Source: Selaginella moellendorffii
Lineage: Eukaryota > Plantae > Lycopodiophyta
Assembly: GCF_000143415.4 (NCBI RefSeq)
Contig: NW_003314311.1
Span: forward strand, 876,769-940,768
Length of the DNA stretch: 64,000 nt
Reading direction: 5' to 3'
Positions 1 through 13,622 of the stretch are shown piece after piece. The translations under genes and the position numbers were made by a program. The first letter of the stretch is position 1. Every line of letters begins with the position of its first letter. The notes under the pieces are model-generated. The model saw only the letters and a program-made list of their open reading frames with translations. It had not been told where the DNA came from and ran no database searches.

Positions 1-1760
1 TTGATGCAGAAACAAATGCTCCTATCAGGCTTCATCACAAGATAAGGTTCACATCCCCAAGGACTCCATAACTTTTGAATAACATTTTTTTTCAACATCT
101 CTTTGACATTTGTGTATAAAATCTTGATTTCTTTTGATGGCCGAAAACGAATAGAAGCCTTGATTGGACGAGTATTCTCAATTGGAATAGGATGACGTGT
201 TGCAATCTTGGCCCCAAACGACAAATCAAATTCAAAGAGATTAATATACTCCTTCATAAGCTAGTCAATCACTACAACATAAAGACCGTCGTAAGGATCG
301 GAAAAGAGAATAGAGGAATAAAATGGAAATATAGAAGGAAGTAATAAAGAGATAAAAGTGATGGAAGCAGAGCTAAAAGCAAAGGGACGGAAATGAATAA
401 AAGTGAGAGGAATGGAAAAAATATAAGAAAGTATGAGACAAAGGGGAAAAGCCTCAAAGTCACACTTGGCATGATTGTGCCGCAACCAATCCATACCAAT
501 GATGAGGTCAAAAACTTGACTTAACACTACTAACAATGACTGCAATTCAAGCTTGAGATTGCCCACACACATAATTAGGTCCACCTCATCCTGTGCACAT
601 ACATGTGTATAGCCATTGCCATACAAAATGAAAACTGACTCTGCTGCATGATGTAAATGTAGAGAGCAATATGTGGCAACAAGCCAAACAATAGATTATA
701 AACTCAAGCCTATATCAACTAACATAAAGAGAATAAAAAGAGACCTTTTATTTTAAAAACAAGTTTGGAAAGAAAACACTAAATGAATTAGTGTTAAGTG
801 AACCTCTTGATGATGCTCTAGAAAGAAAGATGGAGAGGTCACTAACTTATTCACACATGGACCCTCCTTTACTTGTACAACTTTTCATTTCCCAAAAGCA
901 TCTCAATGTCTAGACCTTTTATTGCAGTAGCACCAACAGGACATTGTTGATACCAAAATTTCCACCAAGGAAATAGAAGCCATTAATTCGGAAAATGTTG
1001 ATAACACTGATAAATGTGACCAACTTCATTGCACACTTAGTAGTGGGCATCATGGCCACAACTACATCCTTGCCCTTGCCCTTGAACTTTGGTAGCAGCA
1101 ACATCAACATCTATTGGAACAAAATCATCTCCCACAAGAAGTGGAGCTAAAGAACATATAGCAAAAAGTGGAAGAAGTGATATCTCATAATATTGTGCTA
1201 AGTGAAAAGTATTATCACTAGCTGGAGCAAGTGCATACACAAATCTTATAAGATCTTGATGAAATGCTAGCCATAACATTCCCAACTTGATCCGCTTTGA
1301 CATATTTAGCTCCGCACGAAGCAAAAGGCTTAAAAAATGAATGCCAAATTTCATCATAGACTTAAATGGCTCTTAATGAAGATGATGCAATTGTTTGAAG
1401 GCATTATCACAATTATCAACATATCCAAATACGAGTTTAAAGATATTTGAGAGAATGCTCTAATCCTTATGAGTGGCTGTGCTTAAACCATTGTACCATT
1501 GCAATGTTGTCCCTTAGAAATATGTGGGGAAATTCACGCAAACACTAAGCATCATCCCAAGAATAATATATGGCAATCATTGTGAAGTGATTAAACCAAT
1601 AGTCATCAAGAAATTGCACCAACTACTACTCTAGAGTCAAAGGAGGAGGAGGCTACTACTTTGCCATGAAGATGAATAAAAAAGAAAGAGCAAAAGAGAA
1701 AAAGTTGAGAAAAGTTATAAGAAAGGGAGATTTAGACAATACAAAAAATATATCTAAACC
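1..1760 (-). pseudogene. Decayed Ty3/gypsy gag-protease relic
   Basis: The minus-strand fragment FDLIIGMDWLRHNHAKCDF is a retropepsin C-terminal motif, with gag-like fragments at 1037-1357 and many stops. The sequence is homologous, in inverted orientation, to 26250-26990 and 54640-55960. Confidence 0.6.
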
Positions 1761-2201
1761 AAAATCTGTATAAACTCTTATATGGTCATAATCCAATACT
1801 ATCATGATTGAATCATGATAGTATTTACCGCACTAAAATTTGACTTGAGTTTAGGGTTTCAGCTAAACCCTTAACCTAAAAATTAAGGGTTTACCTTAAC
1901 TGGTTTACCTTCATGATTGCCACAAACTACCAATGCTAGGTTGTGGAATCAATATTTGACGAACATTCTTCTACTTGTCCAAATAGAATTTACCTAACAC
2001 CTAGGTAATATATAAGTGAGACAACAATAACACTACAACTCCTATTATCATCCACTTATGGCATATAAAGTGGATGACTTGTTATTAGTCTATTTTCCCA
2101 ATCTTATGGTATATGGTTTATTTAAAAGGCTTTTTGCTCATTGGAAATGACTGTATTGAATGTTGTAGCAAGTTGAATTGCAAGTTTATGAAGTTTGGCA
2201 T

Positions 2202-5200
2202 TGTAGTGTATATGGTTTTTACCTTTATCCTATGGTGATATACCATAGAATAACCACGAAGTAGAACCTAAACCCTTTATGTGCTATGTCACATGTCATG
2301 TGCCATATGCCACATGTCCAAATACAACAGAGTGGAACCCGAGTTTTAGGGCATTGAGCCACTGAATGAAGGAATGGAGCCAAACTCTTAAGTTTGTAAT
2401 TAAAGAGCAAAGGAATTGGAGCATGGAGCAACTCTTGAGTGTTCAGCTTAAGAAATGAAGGGACAAGAGCATAAAGTGACTTCAAACAATCTTAGAACTT
2501 TCAACATCTGAATGCCAGGACTAGTATGCAAAATGGAGCCAAATGGAGTCTTTTACTATTTTAGTATACCGGTGGCCTAATACAAAGATATGGGTACTCC
2601 ACCAGCTAGCATGTTGTGGAACTTGGGTTTAGACCCAAGTCAGATGTAGAACAAGGATAGTATTAGGAGTTAGTCTTTAGAACAAGCTTGAAACTTACTA
2701 ACTATAGAATGATGTTAGATTGCAAATTGGACATAGCATCAACACCATTATGTTTAGAATAATCTTTACATTCCATAGATATGCCAAATTAGCAAATCTA
2801 AACACTTTCCATAAATAGCAACTATGACCGAACAGTGCTAATACAAAGGGTATGATAGCGAAGGTGTTTGGCAGACACAATAAGCTATCATTTGGTGATA
2901 TTAAGGGACTAGTTTCAATATATAGGGGTTCTTGTCACTAGCTAGTGCAAGACATAACGAGATAGAGACTCCTTACACAATGATCTATTAAGGTTTAAAT
3001 ATAAAATGAAATTACTCATAAATAAAAGTGCACTTTTTCTTCCTAAGGCTAAATATGCTTAGTTAATAGCACGTAGGAATTCTATCCTTATACTCATCTA
3101 GTTTAAGTACACTCGAAATGCCCAGTTAACTCCACTAGCATGTGGTTGATAAAGGGTCTAGCAATACCAACCTCCTGCCATCATGGCAATAAGGAAAGAA
3201 TATTTGAAAAAATTAGCCAATAAATAACTTTCAATACCCACAATCACATTTGCAGCACTTTCCCCCCTTTAGGAAAGATCAATATCCTTGTTGATGCACA
3301 CTCTAATCTAGAGCACTAGTAAGGAAACAACTCTAGAAAAAGTTCATGGTGATCACACTATGTGAAAAATACACCAACTTAAATGAGTTAAGGTAACCTT
3401 TCTATTTAACCTAAATGCACTACTAATTTAGACACTTTTTGGTTGTCACCAATAAAGAAATGACTAACAGAGTTAGCCACCCTTGCTACACTATGTATCA
3501 CCCAACTTACAAAAGTGTGATATGCCTCTACCTACAAGGATATAAAGAGAAAAGCCAAATGCCACAACCCTTATGAGCAAAGAAACCAAACTGTAAGCTT
3601 TTGAATTTGGACTTTTCGGGAGGTCACTTAGTCCAGTACTATTCAAACCCAAAGACGCTTAACCCTAAGTATCCCAAAACCCTTAACTGATTAAAAAAAA
3701 GGGTGCACTTTTATTCATGGGCTCTTTCCCTCTATATTTGAACCCCATGGATTGTCTCTCAAATCATTCTCTTTGGTTGCTTACAATCCACTACACTTCC
3801 CTACAAGTTCACGCCGTCATGAATGAAAGTTGAGAGCCGCAGCTCTCCCAAGAGCCTCACTCTCTTGACACCTTACCACTTGGGTCGAGCCCAGCTAGAG
3901 CAAATTGGACCTACTAGATGTCAATCAACATATGGATATTTAAGAAACTTAATTATCAGTGAATAAATCTTAGATTAGAATACAAAAGTATTCTAAGTAA
4001 GTTATCATTTGATATACTAGAATTATAATATAGGAACCACCAAGATCATCATAATTGGAAAACATAGGATTCACCCTTCAATAAAATTTAATAGCAAGTA
4101 AATCATCAAGAAAACTCAATGATACAACTTAATTATTAAAGATTGCAAACAATATGCCAAACAACTTAAAGAACATAAAGTATTAATGACAGATAAGTAA
4201 AATGCTCGTAAATATATCTCTTGAAAGAAATAACATCCTAATATATTAGAATTAACTTAAGTAACAATTAACAAAAAAGAATGAATGTGGCAAGACTAAC
4301 AAACACTCACTCATACCAACTATTGTACTAACCAATATGAAAAGATCCTGGTTAACAATATGAAAAAACTCAAGTTCTTAAGCAAGCATCAGCAATATCC
4401 TATAGATATCTCAAACCCAAGAAACCAATCTAGAGCAAACCACAAAGAACATATGATAATATGGAAAGCTATAAGCCATTAAAGAGAATAACTAACTATT
4501 ATAATTGATTATCAATCATCCCACCAATAGAGAGATGCATAATCATCATTGAAGAAGAAATCCACCATCCTAAAGAATAACAAATCATTCAATATCAACA
4601 ATAATCAAGCAAACCTTTGACAAGGATAATCAACTATCCTAAATGATAGTCAATCATCACCAATAATTACCGAATGCAAATACTAACTTCAACATTGAAG
4701 CTAATGAGCCAAAAATGCCTTCCCTAACAACTTCTAACAAATAATGAGTATAAAAACTTAAAGAACCAAAAGCTCAAAAAAGCCTATAGCCTAATGTCAC
4801 TTATGTTAAAAAAGAAATCATGATGCAACCCATAATATCTTTTTTAACATATTCATAAGTTAAACTTCATAATGCAAAGTTAATGAAAAGCATTTCTACA
4901 TCAATCCAAAAGCCAAACACAAAAAAGTTATGCTCAACAAGTAGGCACTAAATGATCCTCCATAAATCCATCTATAGCAAGACGTAACTCACTTTATAAT
5001 AAACACAAAAAGAATCATATATATCAACTTAAATCCAACAAGGAATTAACATTTTTAATATTGATCACTAACTCTTCCTCTCATAAAGTTAGCATAATCC
5101 ATGGGTGAAATACTTTTCAAGGAAAAACTCAAAACTCAACTCTACTAAATAATCTCATCTAGAACATAATTAACTCAACTTGCCACTTAGTTCGTTTGAA

Positions 5201-7803
5201 CAATATAATTGCTAATTAGTAAATGCATGAATGCCAATAATATAAAGCTACAAGTAAATCATTAACACTATTTATATCAAGACTAATGAAACTCAATATC
5301 AATCATACGGAAAGACATCTCATCTTACCCTAATCTTAATATCAATAATGCCAATGATGAGGCATCACTTTATTGCCATCAACACTAAAGCAAAGCTAAT
5401 AGAAAATAAAATTAAATCATTACCCAAAACTCTTTAGCAACCAAGCTAACCAAAGTCAAAGATACCTTACTCAATATCCAAGATTAAATCTTCAACAAAA
5501 CTTATTTACATATAACACATCATCAAGGAGTGATTCACGACATTCAAGACTTAATGTAATCCAACATTATAGACTACATGTAACCAAATGATATCGACAG
5601 AGGTAAAGTCAATATGTTAATATGAAAAAACCATGTAAGTTTCATGACACAATCTTTTACAACACCATCTAGTAAAGCAAGTTTATCATTGCTAAATCAT
5701 CATTGAGCAAAGCTAATATCACACTCCTCAACAAAGTTTACAAAAAATCACTAGTTCCAAAGCAACTAACAATCACTTTTCAACTTGCCTTTCACAAGAC
5801 TCAAACACTAAACTCATGCCATTGAGTCATATACTTGTCCACTATGAATGTAATACCTTAGATACAAGATATAGGAACATAGAAAAACATAGACTAAATA
5901 ACTATTTGAATCCAATCGTACAACAATAAGCTTACCAACATGTTTAGCCAATAGCTCTAAGCATGCCTTGAAGAAGCTAACTATGCATGATCAACACATA
6001 GTCAAAAATAAAGTGAAGACCATGAGATGGACTTATATTAGTACACAACCTCCTCATAAACAAAGTAATAGTATGGGTATTAATACCACAACCTCAAACA
6101 ACTAAATTGAACATTAGTATCCTCAACAAGGTGCAGGGGCATCAAGACCAAATCAAAATTAGTGAGAACTCACTATTCTCATAGAGTTTAATAAAATGCA
6201 AGATACAACTTGCCACTTAACATAACATGACAAAAGAAAGGCATAAAGGTCATCTTTTTAGAAAAGTGTAATAGCCACTTTTCTATACCAATTCCAGACT
6301 TTATCCAACTCAATTGCATTAGCCTCAAAAGTCAATATCCCTTTTGGGTCGTATCATACAAACTACCTACTAAGGTTTAAGTTGTATTGGCTTATAAAAA
6401 TAAAATGGTTTTCGAACAAAATGATCAACAGATTAGCCATTAGAAAAGTCTAAGAAAATTTATGAAAAATTTTCCATCCTAGAGAAAGAATGACTCCCAA
6501 TCTAGAAATATAAACTTTCCAAAACTCAACCAACTTTCTTCTACCTACAACTTGATATAAGTTCATCTCAACATAAATTCTCATGACCCAACAATATGTT
6601 TAAGCATTGAACATTTTACTCATATTTCCAACATCCAACACTGACATCCGCAAAATGCAAATGACTACTCAAGACCTAATCACAAAGACCATATATTGGG
6701 ATATTCACATTGTATTAACACTTTTCTTCAATCACATTCAAGATCATTCAAGATTCAACAATCCTTTATTCTATGGTGATTTACCATAGGATAACCACGA
6801 AGCAAACTAAACCCTCTATGTGCTATATATCACATATTATATGCTATATGTCTAAGGACAGTAGAGTGGAACCCAAGTTTTATGGGCTATTGAATGAAGG
6901 AATGGAACCAAACTCCCAAACTTGTAGTTAAAGAGTGAAGGAACAAGAGTGTAAAATAACTCTTGAGTGTTTAGCCCAAGGAGCAAAAAGACAAAAGCAT
7001 AGAGAAACTTGAAATAATCCTAGAGCTTCCAGCATCTTAATGCCAAGATTAGCATATAAAATGGAGCCAAACGGAGTTTAGTGCTATTTCAGCATACCAA
7101 TGGCTTAACACAAAGATATGGGTACTCCATCAGCTAACATGGTGTAAAACTTAGGTTTAGACCCAAATTGAACATAGAATAAGGATAAACACTCAAATAG
7201 GAGTTACACTATGCTATAGGTTAATTGACCATGCCCGACTTACCCACAATCCCTACTACACATTTGGAATGCCTTCAGTACCAGGAATTAGTCTCTGGGA
7301 CACGCTTAAATTTTATTAAATATAAAATGGCATTAGATTATGAATTTGGATAGGGGACCAACACCGTTGTATTCAAAACAATCTCTACATTCTGTAGATA
7401 TACTAAATTAGCAAATCTAGACATTTTTCATAAATAGCAATTGGGACCAAACAAAATTAATACAAAGGTGAGAGTGTTTAGAAGACATAGTAAACTATCA
7501 TCTGGCAGTATTGAGGGACTAGTTTCAATATGTAGGGGTTTTTGTCATTAGCTAGTGTAAGACACAACAAGATAAGAACTCCTTACCGAGCTAAGTATGC
7601 TTAGTTAATGGCACATAGAAATTCCATCCTTATGCTCATTTGGTCTAAGTACACTCGAAATGCCCAATTAACTCCACTAGCACAAAAGGGGCTAATAAAA
7701 GGTTTAGCAATATTGACCTCTTGCTGTTGTAGCAGTAAGGAAAGAATATTTGAAAGGACTAGCCAACAAATAACTTTTGATATCTGCAATCATATTCAAA
7801 ACA
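2202..7803 (-). mobile_element. Old degenerate LTR retrotransposon (LTR-like 2202-3257 and truncated 6766-7803)
   Basis: Two diverged ~1 kb direct repeats (e.g. ctatggtgat.taccata.gataaccacgaag at ~2230 and ~6771). A reverse-complement PPT (ctttcccccttt) follows 3257, and the LTR halves resemble the 15304/21741 LTR family. No convincing TSD and no internal ORFs. Confidence 0.55.
3592..3785. repeat. Short (~195 bp) TG...CA LTR-like repeat
   Basis: tgtaagcttttgaatttggac...ggttgcttaca, homologous to 55514-55708. No TSD at this copy. Confidence 0.55.
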
Positions 7804-8112
7804 TACATGATGTCCAACAGGCCGATATACATATACAATAGCCAAAACACTTCGTACAAAATGATTAGGAATAACTGGCACCACTTATAAATTCATCGAT
7901 GCCTCATCTTGATATTTCTTTAGATCCCGGCCCATCCATGAGAGAATCTTGATGGTTTTCCATTATTTCAAAAGGAATGAGGTTGTATATTAATATTAGT
8001 GTAGTGGGATTTTAGTAATCATCAGATTGGTTTCAATCCAGACCATTTGCTCCTATCCATTTCCATATTCCATGCACTCACAATATAAAAATTTAGAATG
8101 TATAATGTCTAT

Positions 8113-8114
8113 AA

Positions 8115-8184
<70 letters not shown>
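8113..8184. repeat. (CA)n(TA)n microsatellite
   Basis: Directly visible. Confidence 0.95.
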
Positions 8185-8190
<6 letters not shown>

Positions 8191-8429
8191 CTCCTTTATT
8201 TAAAAGTGCTATTGCCATATGGCATCTAGCATCTTTTATTCCATTTTGAGAATATTATTTATGAATATACTTATAATCTATTAGTTCAAATTCAAAAACT
8301 TCAAATAGATGGCATAGATTGCTTCAATTTGATTTGAATAACGCTCTAAATGAAGTGAAACTTTGTAAGGCGACTAGACAGATTGTGAGCTGCTCTGTGT
8401 GTGTGTGTGTTAATTACTTGAAGAGAGTT

Positions 8430-9062
8430 ACTTGAAGCTCCAGAAGCTTATTGAGTCCACTATGAACAATCCCAAAGCTCTTAAGCAGTATGTGCCCCTT
8501 CAACAGCATGCCTTGCAAGGTGGCCTATGCAGCATAGGATTGTTCTTCTTACTGAGATGAGAAGGGTAAGTGATGTTTACTTCCTCTGTCTTATTTTTCT
8601 CATTGATACTGGTTTTTTTTTTTAATATGATAGTTCATGTATCTAACTGTCCTCTATATTTTATATAGGAAAGACTCCAGTCTCGATGTGGATGAGATTT
8701 TCTCCTTGTACTACATTGTCAACCAAAGCATTCAAGCTTTCCCCATCAACTTCCGCAACACTGCCGACAACAAAACCTTGAAGGTAAAAGCTATATGCAT
8801 TGTCCTACATAGTTTTGTGATGTTTTCCCATTCTCAAGCGAGATGAAAGGTCACCAAGCTTATCCAGGACCTGATCAACCAGCGAAGAGCTTCTAGAAAA
8901 CCACAGAAAACAAGCATTCTTTCACTGCTCATGGATGAGCTGGATGACAAAGGAGAGGCTCTAGAAGTGCTGAAATCATAGACATGCTCATGAATGCTGG
9001 TCACAACTCAATGGCTGATGGTTTCCTAAAGCAAAATCATGAAGTGCTCAAGAAAGTGAAGA
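8430..9062 (+). pseudogene. Cytochrome P450 fragment, CYP88A/ent-kaurenoic acid oxidase-like (3 exons)
   Basis: Translates as LQKLIESTMNNPKALKQYVP / DEIFSLYYIVNQSIQAFPINFRNTADNKTLK / AR*KVTKLIQDLINQRR..LLMDELDDKGEALE..EIIDML.MNAGH, the last being the I-helix AGH motif as in CYP88A (EEIIDIL..YLNAGHES). Intron-like gaps, stops and frameshifts are present. Confidence 0.7.
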
Positions 9063-9252
9063 TAAACATTTAGAATTTCATACAAACTTTCCTTCAAGAC
9101 TATTCTGTAAAAGTTTCAAATTTTCTGTAATTAGAAAAGAAAAAAGTATTCTACTGAATTGTACCTCATGCAAGATGATACCCTAAGTACTCTCATGCCT
9201 CCACTATTCTAATTCATCCCTGTTGCTAATTCAAATTCAACCTCAGTGTGCA

Positions 9253-9710
9253 GCATGCAGCAGCAGTTGTACACGACAAAATGTTCATGATTGGAGGGAA
9301 CCACTATGTGAAAGATATCCAGGTATGTAGCTTTTTGCTCTTTAATAACTGATGTTGCACCTTTACCATAGGTGCTCAATCTAAGAATTTTACCAGGTCC
9401 AAAGTTGAGAAAAAGCTCCCAACATCTCCTTTGTCCTCACCCATGCCACTTATCCCTTCAAATCAGATTTTGTCACCTTGTGCCGGTCATATCCTAGTAA
9501 TCTTTCTAGCTTTATACATTCATCTTACAATATTCCTATGTGTTTTCAGATTCGAAAGAACAGGATGCTGTTTGTTGTGGGTGGCCACTAAAAAAAACTC
9601 CCTCGACTCTGTCTCAGGTTAATGTAATGCAGAGGAGCTTTGAGATCCATCTCACATCAGTGCTCTCTATCTCCAGTTCATGCTTTTGATACGGGGACTT
9701 TCACTTTCAC
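9253..9710 (+). pseudogene. Kelch-repeat fragment, ACBP4/5-like
   Basis: Exons HAAAVVHDKMFMIGGNH..KDIQ / VLNLR..LSPCAGHIL / IRKNRMLFVVGGH*K / VHAFDTGTFT match the Kelch repeats of plant acyl-CoA-binding proteins 4/5. Confidence 0.7.
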
Positions 9711-10799
9711 TTGCAAGAACAAGATCCAGACTGGTAGTCAAGTCGCAAGGGAAAAAAAGTTGAGGAAATTGGTGGAATGGCTTTATATTTTTTTGTTTTT
9801 GTGTTAGAACTAAAACTTTGCAGCACTCTTTCAGCCTATGCAAGACAATGATTTAAATCCAAGTCTTCAAAAGGAGGACATCCCTGCTGTAAACAACTCT
9901 CCTCCATCCCTCTGACTGCCATCAGCAAATGGTGGGATTGCCACGGAGATGAAAATGGAAGAAAATGATGTCTAAGTGCTCCACTATTATGGAGAGATTC
10001 ATGTTTGCCATGAATGGTTTTCATATGGAGAGATTGATGTTTGTAAAGAATGTTTTTCACCTCTGGTATATGGATGAAGACCAGCATCTCGCTATCAAGT
10101 TTGTCTTTTTTTGTGTGTGAAACTAGAACAAAAACATTGTAAACCTTGGTAAACTGGTATTATGGTAAAATAAAACCTGTGAACTAAAACCTTAAAAAGC
10201 TGTGGTAAAACTCTTTACTGTCAAAGGCTTTTCAAAAGTGTAACTAAATAGACACGTAGGTTAAGAAAAACTATTTCAAATCATAGCAAAAAAGACTACA
10301 CAATTAGGTTGCCTTGCGCATTTGTCAAGAGGTAATTTTGTTTTTGTGTTTTCTGAGAGATAATTAGAAAGTCCTAAGGGCAACATTCAGTGTGCTTTTA
10401 TTTTCTTGTGGTTTGGTTATTTGTCTATTTACTTATTTTCACCATCTAGAGCCTGCACACGTTGTCTAAGCTTCCATTTTCTAAAAGAGATTGTAAAATC
10501 TTCTATAGATCAATGGATGGCAAAAAAAAGAAGAAAACATGTGATCTAATTTTACATGAAGGCTGTATAAGTTCAACAAGTTTGAATTCATCTCTATATA
10601 TGAATAAAAGCATGGATGTAAATGTGAGAAACCTGGTTTCCTTTGAAGAACCCCCAACAATTCCAAGATTAATACCCATAGAAAACATTTCTAGAAACAC
10701 TGTTGAATTTATTACCCTACCTGTTAATGAAGTAAATCCTGGAAATGGAACAGAAAGCATGGAAAATACTAAACATTTAGGATTCTTGCAAAAAAACAT

Positions 10800-11303
10800 A
10801 GATGGTAAATGTGAGGCAGATTTTATTGGACTCATGGATAAACATTGTGACTATTGATAGTCACAATGCTGTCTTCCAATAAAGCTTTTCTTTTTACTTG
10901 TGAAATACAAGCACAATGCTGTCTTGGTGAACGTGTGTCTATAGAAAAAAAAATTGAGTTCTCTGAAATGATTCATAAATTATTAGATGGAACAGTCCAA
11001 CATGGAAAATTTAAAGAACTAATTCGAAATTATAATAGTGTTTTGGCATTTTCATCTATGGGGGCAAATATTGATGAAATTATTGGCAATGGACCATATT
11101 ATTTCAAAATTCATAGACAAGTATACCATTTAATTGGCAGTTTTCATCCTAAGCAAGGTCATAATGCAAAATATTCTCAGCTTTATATTTTAGACACACT
11201 AGAAGCCATAGAAACAAGAATGAAAAGTAAATATAATAGTAAATGTGACACAGGATTGATGAATGAATTAGATGCTTTATTTAATTGGAAAGATTTTAAA
11301 TGA
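10800..11303 (+). pseudogene. Helitron RepHel N-terminal fragment
   Basis: CC.G...IRNYNSVLAFSSMGANID..GNGPYYFKIHRQVYHLIGSFHP..G..AKYSQLYILDT is the typical Helitron Rep N-terminal region. It is truncated before the HUH and helicase domains. Confidence 0.85.
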
Positions 11304-11534
11304 ATTTGACTGATGTGACAAAGGTCACAGAATAGGTTGTGTTCAAAAGACCACACTTGAAACTCAATTAGAAAATAAAATTGTGTCATGACAGGGCATT
11401 ATGCATCTAGGTATATGTGTGCCTGACAAAACAACACTAGTCTAGCACATGTTATGTTACACATGTTTCTTTAATTGCACTGTTTCTAAATCTCAATAAC
11501 TTTTTGCATTCTCAAACTATATCATTGAGTGCTT

Positions 11535-13622
11535 GAAGGCCCACATAAGGATGGGAGGGGACAAAGAGCTCACTGCAAAAGGCATCAATCCCTGTCTGAT
11601 TCTAAACAAGTCCATGAATATTGGAAAGAAAAAAGCTGGTGTTGCCGGCAACCAGTACAAGAAGCCAAAGATCGAGTGCATGCCTGCCGACTTTCTTGAG
11701 TTTTTCCCAATTCAGGGGGACACCACACAAAATGATAACACAGTTGTTTGTATACAGCAGCCAAGACGATGTTCCCAGTTTTGGAAAGCAGAAAATTACG
11801 ATGGTTCTAATGCACAAACAATGCCAGGTCCTTGCTCATTATGACTACTTTTTAAGGAAGTAACTCATTACGTGGTTTTGTAGCTGGAATGGACCATGTA
11901 CGCATGCATCCTAAATTCCCTCTAACACAAGAAGCCACAAGTAGCTTTTGGTGGTAATTCAAATAGGCATATCAATATTCCTCTTTTCTTTCTAATGCAT
12001 GATCTTACACTTTTTGCAGCAATAGCAGAGCTGCTTGATAATGCACTCAACCAGAAAACAAATGGAGTGACATTTGCCAACATAGATGTTCTCAAGAATC
12101 CAGTTAATGGCATGGCAATGCTTCTGTTTGAAGGTTTGTAAGACATTTTTTTTTTCTTTTTTCTTTCTTTATGCAAGTAACACTGTATTTGTTAATTTAG
12201 ACAATGGTGGTGGAATGACTCTTGATCATTTGTGACAATGTATGTCATTTGGGTATTCTGTAAATGACACAGCCAAGAGAACAATTAGACAATGTAAGTG
12301 CCATCTTTTTTTTTTACATGTTTTTATATTATTTATACTACCAGATGGAAATGGTTTCAAGACAAGTAAAATGTGCCTTGGTGGAGATGTCATTGTATTT
12401 TCAAGATCAAATACTGCAGTAGGTGACAGGATAAGAGTTGACTGCTATATTTTTTGCCACTTTATTTAACATTGTGTACAGATTTATACAAAGTGTGGGA
12501 TTACTCTCTTAGAGCTTCCTCTGTGGTACAGTGTAGCAAGATATTGTAGTTCCAATGGTTTTCAGTGGATAAATTCTCTTAGACGTGTATTCATCACATT
12601 CTTCATATTTGCAGCTGGATTATGAAGGAAATGGGCATGAGTTAAAAGAGATTCATAAAGGTACACATCAAGATTGGAAATTTTGTATGGATGTAATCAC
12701 TAAATGGAGTCCTTATCAAAATGAAGGATCTATTCATAGCCAAGTAAGTACTCTAGATCAATAATCTTGAGTTATGTGTCTCTACTATTCAAGTTCAAGA
12801 AAATTAATGGCCAAGGGGCAAGAATAATTGTCTATAAATCGATGGGAGAATGATCAGCAACAAATTGAAGTAGACTTCAAATCTAATCCTCATGTATGTT
12901 TTATATTTTAAAAGTTTACTTTGCTGACACCCATCAAGGATATCTAAATTAGAAATGGTTAACATGACATATAATGTGAAATGGCCAACAAATATTCTAG
13001 TACAAAACACTTTTTCCTATACAAAAGTTCTCTATGGGTAAGAAAATTTTAAAATACACTTTCTCATCCATTCAGGTTTGTAGGTATATATTTCACTGTT
13101 GTATTTGCATCTACCAAAAAACTTTAAGATCACTCTTCAAAATCAGAAAGTTGAACACTTTGACATAAGGAGTGATGCAATGAGCAATGAGTAATTTCAA
13201 GATTCAAAATGATTTAAATGTAGTTGTCCCATTTATTCAAATTTTCTTTGATATTTATTCATCTTTGAATGTAGATGTCTACAAAAGTACACTTTTGGTA
13301 CACACAACAAATAGATATACAAGGATTTAATGTCTACCACAAATTGACTTATTAAGGTAACCCATCATTCAAAAAGATCATTTTTCTCATTCAATGTATG
13401 ACAACCCTTTTGGAAAATATGGAATTCCTCACGAAAACAAGGGTGAGGTGTCTATGGCAAGTTTTACTGTTTTACTTTTGATCTTTGATATATTCCTTAA
13501 GGTGGTTTAGCAGTTTTGGAAGCAAATTTTGTGGAGCCCACTCATGATAAACAAGGATTTGAAAGGACACCTATTATTCAACAACTAGAGCATCAACTGC
13601 AAATAATGCAGAAAAAGATTAT
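11535..13622 (+). pseudogene. MORC-family GHKL ATPase pseudogene (multi-exon, MORC4/7-like)
   Basis: Successive exons read SQFWKAENYDG / GMDHVRMHPKF / AIAELLDNAL..NGVTF.NID / DNGGGM..CMSFGYS / GNGFKTSKMCLGGDVIVFSR / QSVGLLS..DIVVPM / QGFNVYHK / PFWKIWN / VLEANFVEPTHDKQGFERT. Stops and frameshifts are present. Confidence 0.9.
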
